DNA from: an uncultured delta proteobacterium
Lineage (GTDB): Bacteria > Myxococcota_A > Polyangia > Polyangiales > Polyangiaceae
DNA: 64,000 bases
Reading direction: 5' to 3'
Assembly (NCBI GenBank): GCA_963696385.1
Contig: CAVOKF010000006.1
Span: 320,001-384,000, forward strand
The notes under the pieces: generated by a model
Told to the model about the DNA's origin: nothing
Database searches by the model: none
Seen by the model: only the letters and a program-made list of their open reading frames with translations
Position numbers and translations under genes: made by a program
Part shown: one piece after another, positions 10,051-19,129 of the stretch
Layout: each line of letters starts with the position of its first letter
How positions within the stretch are numbered: position 1 is the first letter of the stretch

Positions 10051-10232
10051 GACGAGCAAAGAGCTCCGCGTAGGCCACGTCGTCTTTCGAGAAGGGGCCC
10101 GCTTGCGGGCGATCGGTCAGGTAAAGAACGCCGATCGCGGGATCGCCGACGGGGGCGCAGAGAACCGCGCAAGAACAAAAGACGTGGAGACACGCATGAC
10201 CGTGCGGCCCTTAGGCGATGCCTCGGACTTGG

Positions 10233-10556
10233 TTACCGGCGGTCGGCCCAGTAGCCGGGCCGACGCTTGGCGTGAGCGACGGCAAGCACGATCGCGATCC
10301 CCGCTCGGATGTAGAAGAATACGACAAATGGGTACGTTCTCGGAAGGACAGCGCGACGGACCACGTAGAAAATCGGGCGCCCATTCTGCACGGCGAGCAA
10401 GCCGTGCTCGGGGAACTGCTCGGGCGCTGAGCGAATGCGCGCGAAGATGTCTCGCAGCATTCGGTCAAAACGAACGGAGGCCCCCAAGTTAGCCATCCGA
10501 CGAATCACACGCCGACGCTCGTCCAGCGCCTCGGGATGAACGCGGAGGGGGATCAC
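10233..10556 (-). CDS. Type II TA toxin, RelE/ParE family
   Basis: 107 aa, basic; YPFVVFF...VLAVAHAKRRPGYW tail; GTGA overlap with the antitoxin. Confidence 0.8.
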   Translation of the reverse strand: MIPLRVHPEALDERRRVIRRMANLGASVRFDRMLRDIFARIRSAPEQFPEHGLLAVQNGRPIFYVVRRAVLPRTYPFVVFFYIRAGIAIVLAVAHAKRRPGYWADRR

Positions 10557-10768
10557 TCGTCGTCGTTCGCGAAGAACTCTTCTTCCGTGAGGAGCGTGAC
10601 TTCGCCGCGTTCGATTTGGCTCATGCGGCCCGCGAGCTCGTCATTCCACGCAGCGGTCCATTCGGGCTCGCCAAGCTCAGCGGAGCCGAGCTCTGCGCGC
10701 AACTCCGCGCGCTCTTGCTCGCTCATTTCCGAGACCAGCTCAAGAACAGCTCGGACGCGCGGTGACAT
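10553..10768 (-). CDS. Addiction-module antitoxin
   Basis: 71 aa, acidic, from ATG 10768; SEQERAEL...AAWNDELAGR...IERGEV pattern; directly upstream of the toxin. Confidence 0.78.
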   Translation of the reverse strand: MSPRVRAVLELVSEMSEQERAELRAELGSAELGEPEWTAAWNDELAGRMSQIERGEVTLLTEEEFFANDDE

Positions 10769-11082
10769 GCGCACAGCCTGACCCCGGCGGGCTGGCGCGT
10801 CTAGTGCTCGTGCACAAATCGGGTTCGCCGGTCGGGTAGGCGAGAGGCGCGGGTGGTTTAGGTCGTCGCTTGGCCGTATCCGATGCGCACGCCTCGCGAA
10901 GTCTTCGAGTAGATTGGCCGGCCTCACTTTTTCCCGTACGGCAACATGTGCCGACCGCCGTTGGGCCGAGCACAAATGGAAGGATCTCCCCGAATCAGGC
11001 ACGACGGTCGAGACCGGCTAAGACCGTTCCCTTGGGGGCTTCGCCCCAAACGCCCAAACGCCCAATCGCCTTCCGGCGATTG

Positions 11083-11128
11083 AAGTACACCGCCCGGCTG
11101 ATCCCTTTGTTCTGGGCGGCGTACTTAG
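11083..11128. repeat. Dispersed hairpin/MITE-end-like element, family B copy 1
   Basis: AAGTACACCGCCCGG...CTGGGCGGCGTACTT stem; core TGATCCCTTTGyTCTGGGC...GTACTTAGC recurs at 22706..22750. Confidence 0.7.
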
Positions 11129-11132
11129 CGCC

Positions 11133-12785
11133 TCAATTCTTTCCCGGCACTTCGCAATATCCAAGAAAGCAGGTGGTACGACCCGTCTCAGGGCATTGAC
11201 CGTTTGAACTGCACTCCAAGCATTCCGGTGGCAGCGAAGAAGGCGGTGAGAGTACTTTTTGGAGAAAATGACAATCGCACGACTGCACCGTGGATGGCTC
11301 CAACGGACCTAGTTCTTCGCCCACTTGTTGTGGTACCTGTTGAACGTTCATCGCGCATGCCGGGATAAGGTTGGCACTGATAAAGGCATCGATGAGCGAC
11401 TCGGCGATGGTGGCACCACCGAAATAGTTGACGAATGCGGTCGCCGCCGTCAAATTTGAATTCAAATTTGAATTCAAATAGAAGAAGTGAAGCGGTCCCC
11501 AAATCGGGTAGTGACCGTCGCGCACGTTTTGTTTGTCGTACGACGCGGCGGTGGAATCGGGCAAATAAGCAGCGCGCTGCCCCGCTGCCTGGTAGGCAAG
11601 CGTCTGCATGTTGTTCAAGTTGAGTGTGGGGTTGCTGCGGTCACTGTCGTAGACGGAGAGAGAGAGAATGCCGATCGCTTCGTCCGCGTTGGCACCGGAC
11701 GCCTGAGCGATAAGAAAGTTGACCACTTCACTTGCGGAGCCCTGATCAATTCCCCAGAACTGGTCCGCCGGAACACCGATTGCCTTGCCAATCATCTGTT
11801 GGGTTCCGGTGTTCTTGTTCCGAATGGCGTAGAAAGTGGGATCGATCCAGGGGACGTATGTCGGGTTCCAGGAACTCATAACGCCGTTCATGCCGCCCGT
11901 GCCGAAGACTTCGCGGGCGGCCTCCTGGCTGATCGAGGTTGCGTGCGAAGTCTTCGGCACGACGAACGCCATCGCCTGGATAGGACCGTGGATGTCCGGC
12001 ACCTGCATCTGGTTCGTGTACGAGGAATACGCGGGGCACGTCGATGCGTAGACGTCCGACTCTCCAACGTCCACGGGCACTCCTCCGTCACCCACCAAGC
12101 AAGCGGTTGTTTTGCCGTCCGGCCCGTAATATTGTGCGTAAGCGGACGCGGGTGAGCCGGCGTCTGGGTCCTGCATCATGTACGGGGTGCCGGTGCTGTT
12201 CGGGCCATAGACCGACTGAACCCCCGTGCACGAGTTGCTCGTTTGCCAGACCACGGAGGGCCCTGCCGCTCCGCTGTCGCCAAGGCCCGTTGCCAAAAGG
12301 GGTGCCACGACGGCCAGTAGCGTGGGGAAGTTACTGGAACCCGTGGCATACACGACGTTGGGCCCCGCTAAAGACTGACAGCTCTGCGTAACCGTCGGAG
12401 GCGGGGTGTTACTCGTTGCGGCGGGGGGGTTCATCGGACCGACGAGCGCCGGTCCCCCATCGGGATCGCAAACGCCGAGAGCCGTGCAATTGTCGAAGAC
12501 CACGTAATCGCCGTTCGCGTTATCCGCACCGGTGGTGCACGCATTCTCGTACTCGGGGCTCGAGTCCGGTGCGCCGAGAAAACAGGGAACTTTCGTGTTC
12601 ACGCAGGCGCCGTCTACGCAGGACGGCAGAACACCCAAGCTCAAGCAGTCGGCGTTGGTGTGGCATTCCGTCGTGCTGCGGTTGAGGAGCACACTGCACG
12701 CCGCGGAAGCCAGGAGGCCTACGACGGCGATCGCAGCCGCGATTCGGTGCGGACGGCGTACTTCGATCGAAAGTAAAGATCGCAT
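11133..12785 (-). CDS. Cys-rich lipoprotein with PstS-like (PBP type 2) substrate-binding domain, copy 1
   Basis: Start ATG 12785; SAAC lipobox; TGSSNF, RNKNTGTQQMI and NVRDGHYPIWGP motifs; Cys-rich N- and C-terminal modules; paralog at 61192..62718. Confidence 0.75.
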   Translation of the reverse strand: MRSLLSIEVRRPHRIAAAIAVVGLLASAACSVLLNRSTTECHTNADCLSLGVLPSCVDGACVNTKVPCFLGAPDSSPEYENACTTGADNANGDYVVFDNCTALGVCDPDGGPALVGPMNPPAATSNTPPPTVTQSCQSLAGPNVVYATGSSNFPTLLAVVAPLLATGLGDSGAAGPSVVWQTSNSCTGVQSVYGPNSTGTPYMMQDPDAGSPASAYAQYYGPDGKTTACLVGDGGVPVDVGESDVYASTCPAYSSYTNQMQVPDIHGPIQAMAFVVPKTSHATSISQEAAREVFGTGGMNGVMSSWNPTYVPWIDPTFYAIRNKNTGTQQMIGKAIGVPADQFWGIDQGSASEVVNFLIAQASGANADEAIGILSLSVYDSDRSNPTLNLNNMQTLAYQAAGQRAAYLPDSTAASYDKQNVRDGHYPIWGPLHFFYLNSNLNSNLTAATAFVNYFGGATIAESLIDAFISANLIPACAMNVQQVPQQVGEELGPLEPSTVQSCDCHFLQKVLSPPSSLPPECLECSSNGQCPETGRTTCFLGYCEVPGKN

Positions 12786-12817
12786 GACAGGCAAGTCCCG
12801 ATTCAGCAAGCTCCGAC

Positions 12818-13813
12818 TCAGAAGGTCATTTCGAAACGCGCCGAGGTCGGCCCTATCGCCACGTGGGCGGCGGGCCCCGCGCCGACCGGCTGCCCGTCGG
12901 GTGCAGCCGATAGGGTCCAGACCAGCGAAATCGCACCCGCGACGATGGCGGCGGCCCCGAGGGAGTCGGCGACGACCGCGTAGCTGCCGGTCAGGTTCGC
13001 ATCGTGGGTGAGCGTCGCGCTCGTGGTCAGCCCGCTGCGGGCGCGGCTCAGCACGCCGGCCTCGTGGATGGCCAGGATTCCAAGGGTCGCCCCTCCGGCG
13101 GCGAGCGCCGCGGTCGTGATCCAGCCCGCCCACCGGACCGTCGGCGAGACGTGCGTGTGCCACGTCGCCGCGCCCGCGACCTTCGGTTCCGGCGTCGACG
13201 GCGAAATGGGGGCCTCGACCGCGGTGGGCAACGCGATGGCCATCGCGACCTCTTCGCCCGCGGCCACGTCGATGAAGCGGGTCACCGGCGGGATTCCGGC
13301 CATCGATGCGACCACTTTGCGGTGTCCCACGCTGACCAGAAGCGACGCGCCGAGCGGGGTTTTTCCCACCGGTTCATCGTCGATCGTGATGTCGGCGCCG
13401 CCCGGAATCGTCGTCACGTTCAGGTGGCCGACGCGCGCTGCGAGCAGCGCAACGCTCGCCTCGACCTCGGCGCGATGGGTTTCGCCGGGCCCGAATTCCG
13501 AGAGAAACCGTCGGAACGTTTGAAGGGCGCCCGCGTAGTCTTGTAGCTGGAATTGCGCTTCGCCGAGGTCGTAGAGAGCCGCAGAGCTCGGGACGAGCGC
13601 GTAGGCCCGTTTGAACTCCACCAAGGCGCCCGCGTAGTTCGCTTCGCCGTAGAGTTCGACGCCTCGCCGAAAGTGCGCCCCCGCGCGAGACACGTTCGGG
13701 GACTCGATCCCTTGCGCGGTTTGCGCAGCGACATCGCCCGCGTGTGCGACTGCGGTGAGGACCAAGGCCAAGGCCACCGCGCCGACTCGCCCGGCGAGGC
13801 GTTCGAATTTCAT
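12818..13813 (-). CDS. Secreted TPR + PEGA domain protein with C-terminal membrane segments
   Basis: Signal peptide from ATG 13813; TPR (HFRRGVELY...ALVEFKRAY...LYDLG); PEGA (LNVTTIPGGADITIDDEPVGKTPL). Confidence 0.88.
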   Translation of the reverse strand: MKFERLAGRVGAVALALVLTAVAHAGDVAAQTAQGIESPNVSRAGAHFRRGVELYGEANYAGALVEFKRAYALVPSSAALYDLGEAQFQLQDYAGALQTFRRFLSEFGPGETHRAEVEASVALLAARVGHLNVTTIPGGADITIDDEPVGKTPLGASLLVSVGHRKVVASMAGIPPVTRFIDVAAGEEVAMAIALPTAVEAPISPSTPEPKVAGAATWHTHVSPTVRWAGWITTAALAAGGATLGILAIHEAGVLSRARSGLTTSATLTHDANLTGSYAVVADSLGAAAIVAGAISLVWTLSAAPDGQPVGAGPAAHVAIGPTSARFEMTF

Positions 13814-13938
13814 GGCGTGCCGCACGGATCCTTCGCTTTTGCCCCTTCGGTCCGAGTTCGATCGATTCGATACTTCCATGTGACCGCACTTCCGATTTCG
13901 AAAGCCAGCCACGCGATACCGTCACCCATACGATTCAC
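13810..13938 (-). pseudogene. 42-aa 5' remnant of a Ser/Thr kinase gene acting as a leader ORF
   Basis: MNRMGDGIAWLAFEIGSAVTWKYRIDRTRTEG matches the N-terminus of kinase 366..2105 at 19/32 ungapped positions; its TGA overlaps the PEGA gene ATG. Confidence 0.8.
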
Positions 13939-13977
13939 CGCCAGTGCGCGAACGCCTGCTCGTGCCCGCCGACTTCG

Positions 13978-14006
13978 CCTATACCCGGGGAGGGGACGGC
14001 TTGCAA
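13978..14006 (-). promoter_or_regulatory. Putative sigma70-type promoter TTGCAA-N17-TATAGG
   Basis: Homologous to 2174..2203, with GCTTGCAAGC and CTATAC conserved. Confidence 0.5.
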
Positions 14007-14052
14007 GCCTCGCTCGCTTACACGCGATAACAGACCGCGAGTCTCCCCCTTC

Positions 14053-15031
14053 TTACCCCTGACGCGCCTGACCGAGTCCTGCCTGCCGCGATCCTCCGCC
14101 GGCCTCCTGGGCTGCGAACTTCGCGTCGACTGTGCTGACCGGGGCCGCGCCGTTTCCCGCCGCGGTGTCGGCGAGCCCCTCGCTGCCGCGACGCCGAAGG
14201 TAGCCGCCCTCGACGAAGGACTGGAAGTCGCGAAAATTGATGGAACTGGTTCGAGATGGAATTCAAATCGCCTGTATCGCTGAGCAACGTCATCGCCTGA
14301 AGCAACGCGCTGGCCGCCGCGTACAAGGCGGGCGTCGAATAGAGCACGATCGTGAAACCCAGGTCGTGCAGCTCGCGCGACTTGAGGAGCGGCGTCTTGC
14401 CGCCGAAAATCAGGTTGATCACCTTGTGACCGGGAACCTCGTCGGCGACTCGTTTGAGCGCGTCGAGCGACGGCAGGCCGTCGATCAAGACCAGGTCGGC
14501 GCCCGCGGCATGAAATTGTTTGGCGCGCAGGATCCCTTCGTCGAGCGACATCGCGTCGGTCCGCGCGACGATGCACATCGGAGTCTGTCGTGCTCGGAGC
14601 GCGCAATCGAGTTTTCGCATGTATTGATCGAGCGGAATGACCTGTTTGCCTCCGGCATGTCCGCAACGTTTCGGAAATACCTGGTCCTCCAGAATCATCG
14701 CCGCCGAGCCGGCACGTTCGAGCTCGTTCACCGTGCGGACGACATTGTTTTCGTTGCCGTATCCGTTGTCCGCATCCACGACCAACGGAATATGCAACGC
14801 ACTGGCAACATTTCTCGTCACCGACGCGGTCTCGACCAGGCTCGTCAGCCCGATGTCCGGGCTACCCAGGAAGCTCGCCGCGACTCCGTACCCGCTCATG
14901 AAGACGGCTTTGAACCCTGCTTTCTCGAGGATCATCGCGCTCAAAACGTCGTAACACCCCGGAACCGCGAGCCCTTCCCGGCTCGCGATGAACGTGCGCA
15001 ACTTTTCAGCCATTCCGTTGATCGATTGCAT
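14053..15031 (-). CDS. Isocitrate lyase/PEP mutase superfamily enzyme (PrpB-like KRCGH group), copy 1; +1 frameshift at 14244-14245
   Basis: DADNGYG, EDQVFPKRCGH and ARTDA motifs. Removing one base restores SINFRDFQSFVEGGYLRRRG, matching copy 2, with a stop at 14053. Confidence 0.9.
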
Positions 15032-15442
15032 GAACCATTACCTCGAGGGGATCGAAACGCTGCGTGGCGAAGATCTATCGCGACTTCGGGCGTTCTCTCT
15101 GAAAACGAAATACCTTATATCGAGAATCGACCGACACCCACGAAGGGATCCGTCGGACGCAAAGTTGGGATATACATGCCTTTTTCGCCATTCGCAAGGC
15201 GTCCGGCTGGCTCGGTCGGTCGCCGGTCCGGCCGCTCCGGCGTCTCCTGGCGTGCCCGGCGACGTCCGAGCAAGTACCGCGCCAGGCCTCGGAGTGTGCC
15301 TACCGCACCGACTTGTCGTGGTCACGCGGCCGACACCTTTTTGCCATCGGTCGGCGGTCCGGCCCAGACGCCACGGCCGCGACGCGTCGCGCAGGGCGCG
15401 AGACGCGGGGCGCTGAGGGACGGTCCGTCGCGGGACGGCAAC

Positions 15443-15976
15443 TCAAAGAGACGCTGCTGGCGGCGGCGACGCACTCGAGGCCGCATCGGCCCCCGTAGCT
15501 TGGGCGAGGATCTCGGCAGCCGTCTGAAACGCTTGCCTCACCGCGCTCGACTGCGTCCCCGTCCCGTCGTCGTCCGGTCGGTACGATCGAGGGGCGATGC
15601 TGGCTCCGCTCGGACCCGTGCTTTGGATCCCCGCGCGTGGCGAGCCCGGGGCGCGGGATCCGGTGGCCCGGAGCGGTTGAAGACGGCCACTTTGCGCAGC
15701 GAGGGTGAACTGGGAGGCGAGGTGCGTCAGATTCTGCGCGTCGACGCCGCCGGCCTGGCTAGCCGCTTGCGTAAAGCTCGCAGCTACCTGTTGAGCCACG
15801 GTGTTGAAGCGAGTTGGTTCCTGCTGCGAGAGTTGCTGCATCTCGTTCAGGAATTGCGCGGGCTGCGAGATCGACGTGGTGATGGCGGGCGCCTTGGGAG
15901 GCGGCGGCAAGGTCTTCGGAGCGGGGAGTCCGGACGGCTCCCACACCTTCTTCTGTTCAATGCTGTTGACGCTCAT
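15443..15976 (-). CDS. Uncharacterised Gln/Ala/Ser-rich helical protein, paralog 1
   Basis: AGGAG RBS; core 42/67 identical to 24279..24824; no Cys and no Sec signal. Confidence 0.8.
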   Translation of the reverse strand: MSVNSIEQKKVWEPSGLPAPKTLPPPPKAPAITTSISQPAQFLNEMQQLSQQEPTRFNTVAQQVAASFTQAASQAGGVDAQNLTHLASQFTLAAQSGRLQPLRATGSRAPGSPRAGIQSTGPSGASIAPRSYRPDDDGTGTQSSAVRQAFQTAAEILAQATGADAASSASPPPAASL

Positions 15977-16036
15977 CGAGATGGCTCCTGGTTCGGCTTC
16001 GAGCCATGGCGCGAAGTGCGCCCCAGATCGCTGGGA

Positions 16037-16063
16037 TCAACGGCGGAATCGTGAGAACCTTCA
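16037..16063 (-). promoter_or_regulatory. sigma28 (FliA)-like promoter TGAAG-N14-GCCGTTGA
   Basis: Fits the T(A/C)AAG-N14-GCCGATA pattern; the same architecture precedes the paralog at 24877..24903. Confidence 0.6.
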
Positions 16064-16275
16064 GCGATTCCGTTCTACCGTCGCTTCGCGAATGCGCGTC
16101 CCGCGAATTCGGCCGGATTGTTTGTTGAGCCGATTGTGCCGCGTCGGCCCACGCGCCAGAAGCGCGGGGGTAGGCGCGCTTCCGCGATTCCGTTCGCGAG
16201 CATGCGAGGGACCGTTCGCGGGCCTGCGAGAAATCGTTCACAACGTTCGATAGGGTGCAATGGCGTGGCCGGTCC

Positions 16276-16369
16276 GTGCGACGGCCTTGCCGGTCAGGTG
16301 CGACGGCCTTGCCGGTCAGGTGCGACGGCCTTGCCGGTCAGGTGCGACGGCCTTGCCGGTCAGGTGCGA
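16276..16369. repeat. Tandem repeat, 4 perfect copies of 22 bp GTGCGACGGCCTTGCCGGTCAG plus partial copies
   Basis: Read directly; no spacers. Confidence 0.95.
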
Positions 16370-16642
16370 TGGTTGGCGGTAGGGTGAAATGTCGCTTTTC
16401 GGGTGAAACCGAAGATCTCGCGCAGGGCAATCAAAGCCAATCGTTCGCAACCGGCGATTGGAGGGTCAAAAGATATTGAGCCGATCGTCCTCGCGGGCGC
16501 GCGTTTCGCGTTTCACTTTCCCAGTTTCCTCTTGTCCGCCCATTGCCGTTCCCGTACCCTGTCGTTCCTGCCGCGTCGAAAGCGGCCATGGGGCACTTTT
16601 GGCGGGGGCGCGACAACGGCACGCGCCCTGGAGGGCTTAGGC

Positions 16643-18961
16643 ATGCGTTCATTCACTTCCTGGCAGGGCTGGTTGACCGCGAGCACCCTGGTGGGCTGCA
16701 CGCTCGGCGCGAACGTCGCCGGATGCGGCGGCAATTCGGAGGGCTCGGGCCCGGCGGAAGACTCCGGCTCCACGAGTTCTTCGTCGTCCACGAGTTCCTC
16801 GTCGTCCACGAGTTCCTCGTCGTCCACGAGTTCTTCGTCGTCCACGAGTTCCTCGTCGTCCACCAGTTCCTCGTCGTCCACGAGTTCCTCGTCGAGCTCC
16901 AGCAGCGGTTCCAACGGGGACTCCGGCGCGGACACCGGCTCGACGGCGGACGCCGGAGTCGATTCGGCGGCCGACGGCAGCGTGGGGGAGGCCGATTCGG
17001 GGCCCGACTCGACGGTGGGCGATTCGGGGCCCGACTCCACGGTGGGCACCGGAGGCGATTCGGGGCCCGACTCGAGCGCAGACGCCGCGGGGAGGGACGC
17101 GGGGCCCGACTCGAGCGCGGACGCCGGCGACGGTGCCGTACCCTGCACCAACGGAAGTGCTTGCTCGATCAACAACCTCAACGGTGTCTGCGTCGCCGGT
17201 GCTTGCGCGCCGTGCGACAGCGCCGACGGTGGCGCGACGAGCCTCGGCTCCGACACGGCCTGTACCACGGCCTACGGGGGCGCCACGCGACCCTACGTGT
17301 GCATCGCTGGTTCGTGTGCGGAGGGCAACTGCACGGCGGACTCGGCCTGTGCCGCTCCGACGCCCACGTGCGGCTTCGCGACTCCGAACTTCTGCGGTGG
17401 GTGCACGAGCGACGGGCAGTGCTCAAGCTCACAGATTTGCGTCACGGCCACCGGGTCCACGCAAGGCTCCTGTGTCTTGGCGAGTGCCGGGGGCTGCACC
17501 ACCAACCAGAGCAATGCGGTCTGTCCGGACAACGCCGCCGACGAATGCTGCGCCGGAACGTGCAGCCCCGGCAACTGCTGCATCGCCGCGGGCGTCCCCA
17601 CGGGGTGCACGGGCCAGGCAAGCGTGACCTGCAAGCCGGACGCACCCAGTGAGCAGAACGGCGGCGGCATCTGCACCGCGTGTGCTGCCGTGACCGGCGC
17701 GGCCCCGGTCTACTACGTCGATCCCGTTCATGGCAGCGACGTGCAGGGCACGGGCAACAATTCCGTATCCGAGGCCTGCGCCTTCCAGACCGTGACGCGA
17801 GCGCTCCAGGTCATCGGAACGACTCCGCTGGCGAACACGACGATTGACATCGTCGGCGGAACGACGGACGCGGGCGTCGTCACGGTCACAGGCGTCGCGG
17901 CCGGAACACCCGGCCCGGGGCAGGAGCTCTTCCCGCTCACTCTTCGCGCGAGCATCACCGTCACGAACTCGGCAGGCCCGGTCACCATCGAGGTCCCGGC
18001 GAGAGCGGGCGGAGGTCCAACGACCGGCTTCGTGCTCACAGGCGCTTCGTCGGCCATCGTCGGTGGTTCGGCCGGCGCACTGGTCGTCGATGGACAGGCG
18101 CAGGCGGCCTCGGTCGGGGTCCTCGTTCAGACCCCGGGAGCTTCCTTGACCGACGTGACCGTCCAGAACTTCGCCACCGTGGACGTCGAAGTGAATGGAG
18201 CCGCAACGGCAAGCGCCCTCGCGGTGGGCTCCGGCGTTCAGTGCCTGGGCGCCGGGGACGGCTTGCTCGTCACGGGCCCCGGCGCGAGCGCCACGGTCAC
18301 TCCCGGGGCAGGCGGTCATCCCATCCTCTTCAACGGGAACACGGCGCACGGGATCCGCGTCATCGGCGGCGGCATTTTGACCGTGACCGGTACCGTGGGC
18401 GCCACTCCGCCGTCGTCCAGTACGGTCGTTGCCAATGGCAACGGAATCGCGGGCATCTGGATCCAGACGGCATCGGCCACGCAGAGCGTGATCAGCGGCG
18501 TCGTTTCGACGGGAAGCACGGCGGGCAACGGCATCCGGATCATCCCGGGATCGAACGTGCAAGTTCGAAACAGTTGGCTGCTCGGCAACTCGCATGGCAA
18601 CGGCATCGACATCGAGAACAACGGTGGGGGGGTCGGGACGGTCAACACCATCGACCTCGGGACCGGAACCACGGGGGCCGCCGCCGGGGGCAACGTGCTT
18701 CAGTCCGTGTCGGGAGCCAACCCCAACGCCGGCGCCGGAATCTGCTTGACGCTTCCGGGTGCCGACACACCGGTCACCTTGATGGCGGAGGGCAACATCT
18801 TCCAAAATGAGGTGAACTGCGGAACGACGGCGGCTGCGCTGGTCACGAGGCCTGGCCTCGGATGCGCGGGCGGGGCCGATGTCGGCGGGACGATCGTGGC
18901 TACCGCAGCCGCCGCGGGCACGGGGGATAAAATCGACGTGACGATGTGCACGGTGCCCTAG
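16643..18961 (+). CDS. Large lipoprotein: Ser-rich linker, Cys-rich region and right-handed beta-helix (pectin lyase-fold) domain
   Basis: GGAGG RBS before ATG 16643; VAGC lipobox; YYVDPVHGSD...AFQTVTRAL; repeated GNxxxGIxI rungs. Confidence 0.8.
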   Translation: MRSFTSWQGWLTASTLVGCTLGANVAGCGGNSEGSGPAEDSGSTSSSSSTSSSSSTSSSSSTSSSSSTSSSSSTSSSSSTSSSSSSSSGSNGDSGADTGSTADAGVDSAADGSVGEADSGPDSTVGDSGPDSTVGTGGDSGPDSSADAAGRDAGPDSSADAGDGAVPCTNGSACSINNLNGVCVAGACAPCDSADGGATSLGSDTACTTAYGGATRPYVCIAGSCAEGNCTADSACAAPTPTCGFATPNFCGGCTSDGQCSSSQICVTATGSTQGSCVLASAGGCTTNQSNAVCPDNAADECCAGTCSPGNCCIAAGVPTGCTGQASVTCKPDAPSEQNGGGICTACAAVTGAAPVYYVDPVHGSDVQGTGNNSVSEACAFQTVTRALQVIGTTPLANTTIDIVGGTTDAGVVTVTGVAAGTPGPGQELFPLTLRASITVTNSAGPVTIEVPARAGGGPTTGFVLTGASSAIVGGSAGALVVDGQAQAASVGVLVQTPGASLTDVTVQNFATVDVEVNGAATASALAVGSGVQCLGAGDGLLVTGPGASATVTPGAGGHPILFNGNTAHGIRVIGGGILTVTGTVGATPPSSSTVVANGNGIAGIWIQTASATQSVISGVVSTGSTAGNGIRIIPGSNVQVRNSWLLGNSHGNGIDIENNGGGVGTVNTIDLGTGTTGAAAGGNVLQSVSGANPNAGAGICLTLPGADTPVTLMAEGNIFQNEVNCGTTAAALVTRPGLGCAGGADVGGTIVATAAAAGTGDKIDVTMCTVP
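16769..16894 (+). repeat. Intragenic 18 bp x7 repeat encoding STSSSS
   Basis: tccacgagttc(c/t)tcgtcg x7. Confidence 0.95.
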
Positions 18962-19129
18962 TCTGAAGTTCAGCCTAGTGGGTGAGGTCCGTCCCGCGGA
19001 TCCATCCGCGCTGCCCGCGCATCGCGAACCGAGCACTCGGGGCCCATTGCGCAAGAACCATTGTACTTATGGATTCGCGCGACCTGCGGAATGGACCCTA
19101 GACGCCGGCGGAGCTGCCGCGCCGCTTCG

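Noticed and set aside
14053..15031. PEP mutase indicating a phosphonate biosynthesis cluster
   Set aside because: Active-site loop is KRCGH rather than the EDKx5NS motif, and no phosphonopyruvate decarboxylase is nearby.
16276..16369. Possible CRISPR array
   Set aside because: Head-to-tail identical units with no spacers and no cas genes.
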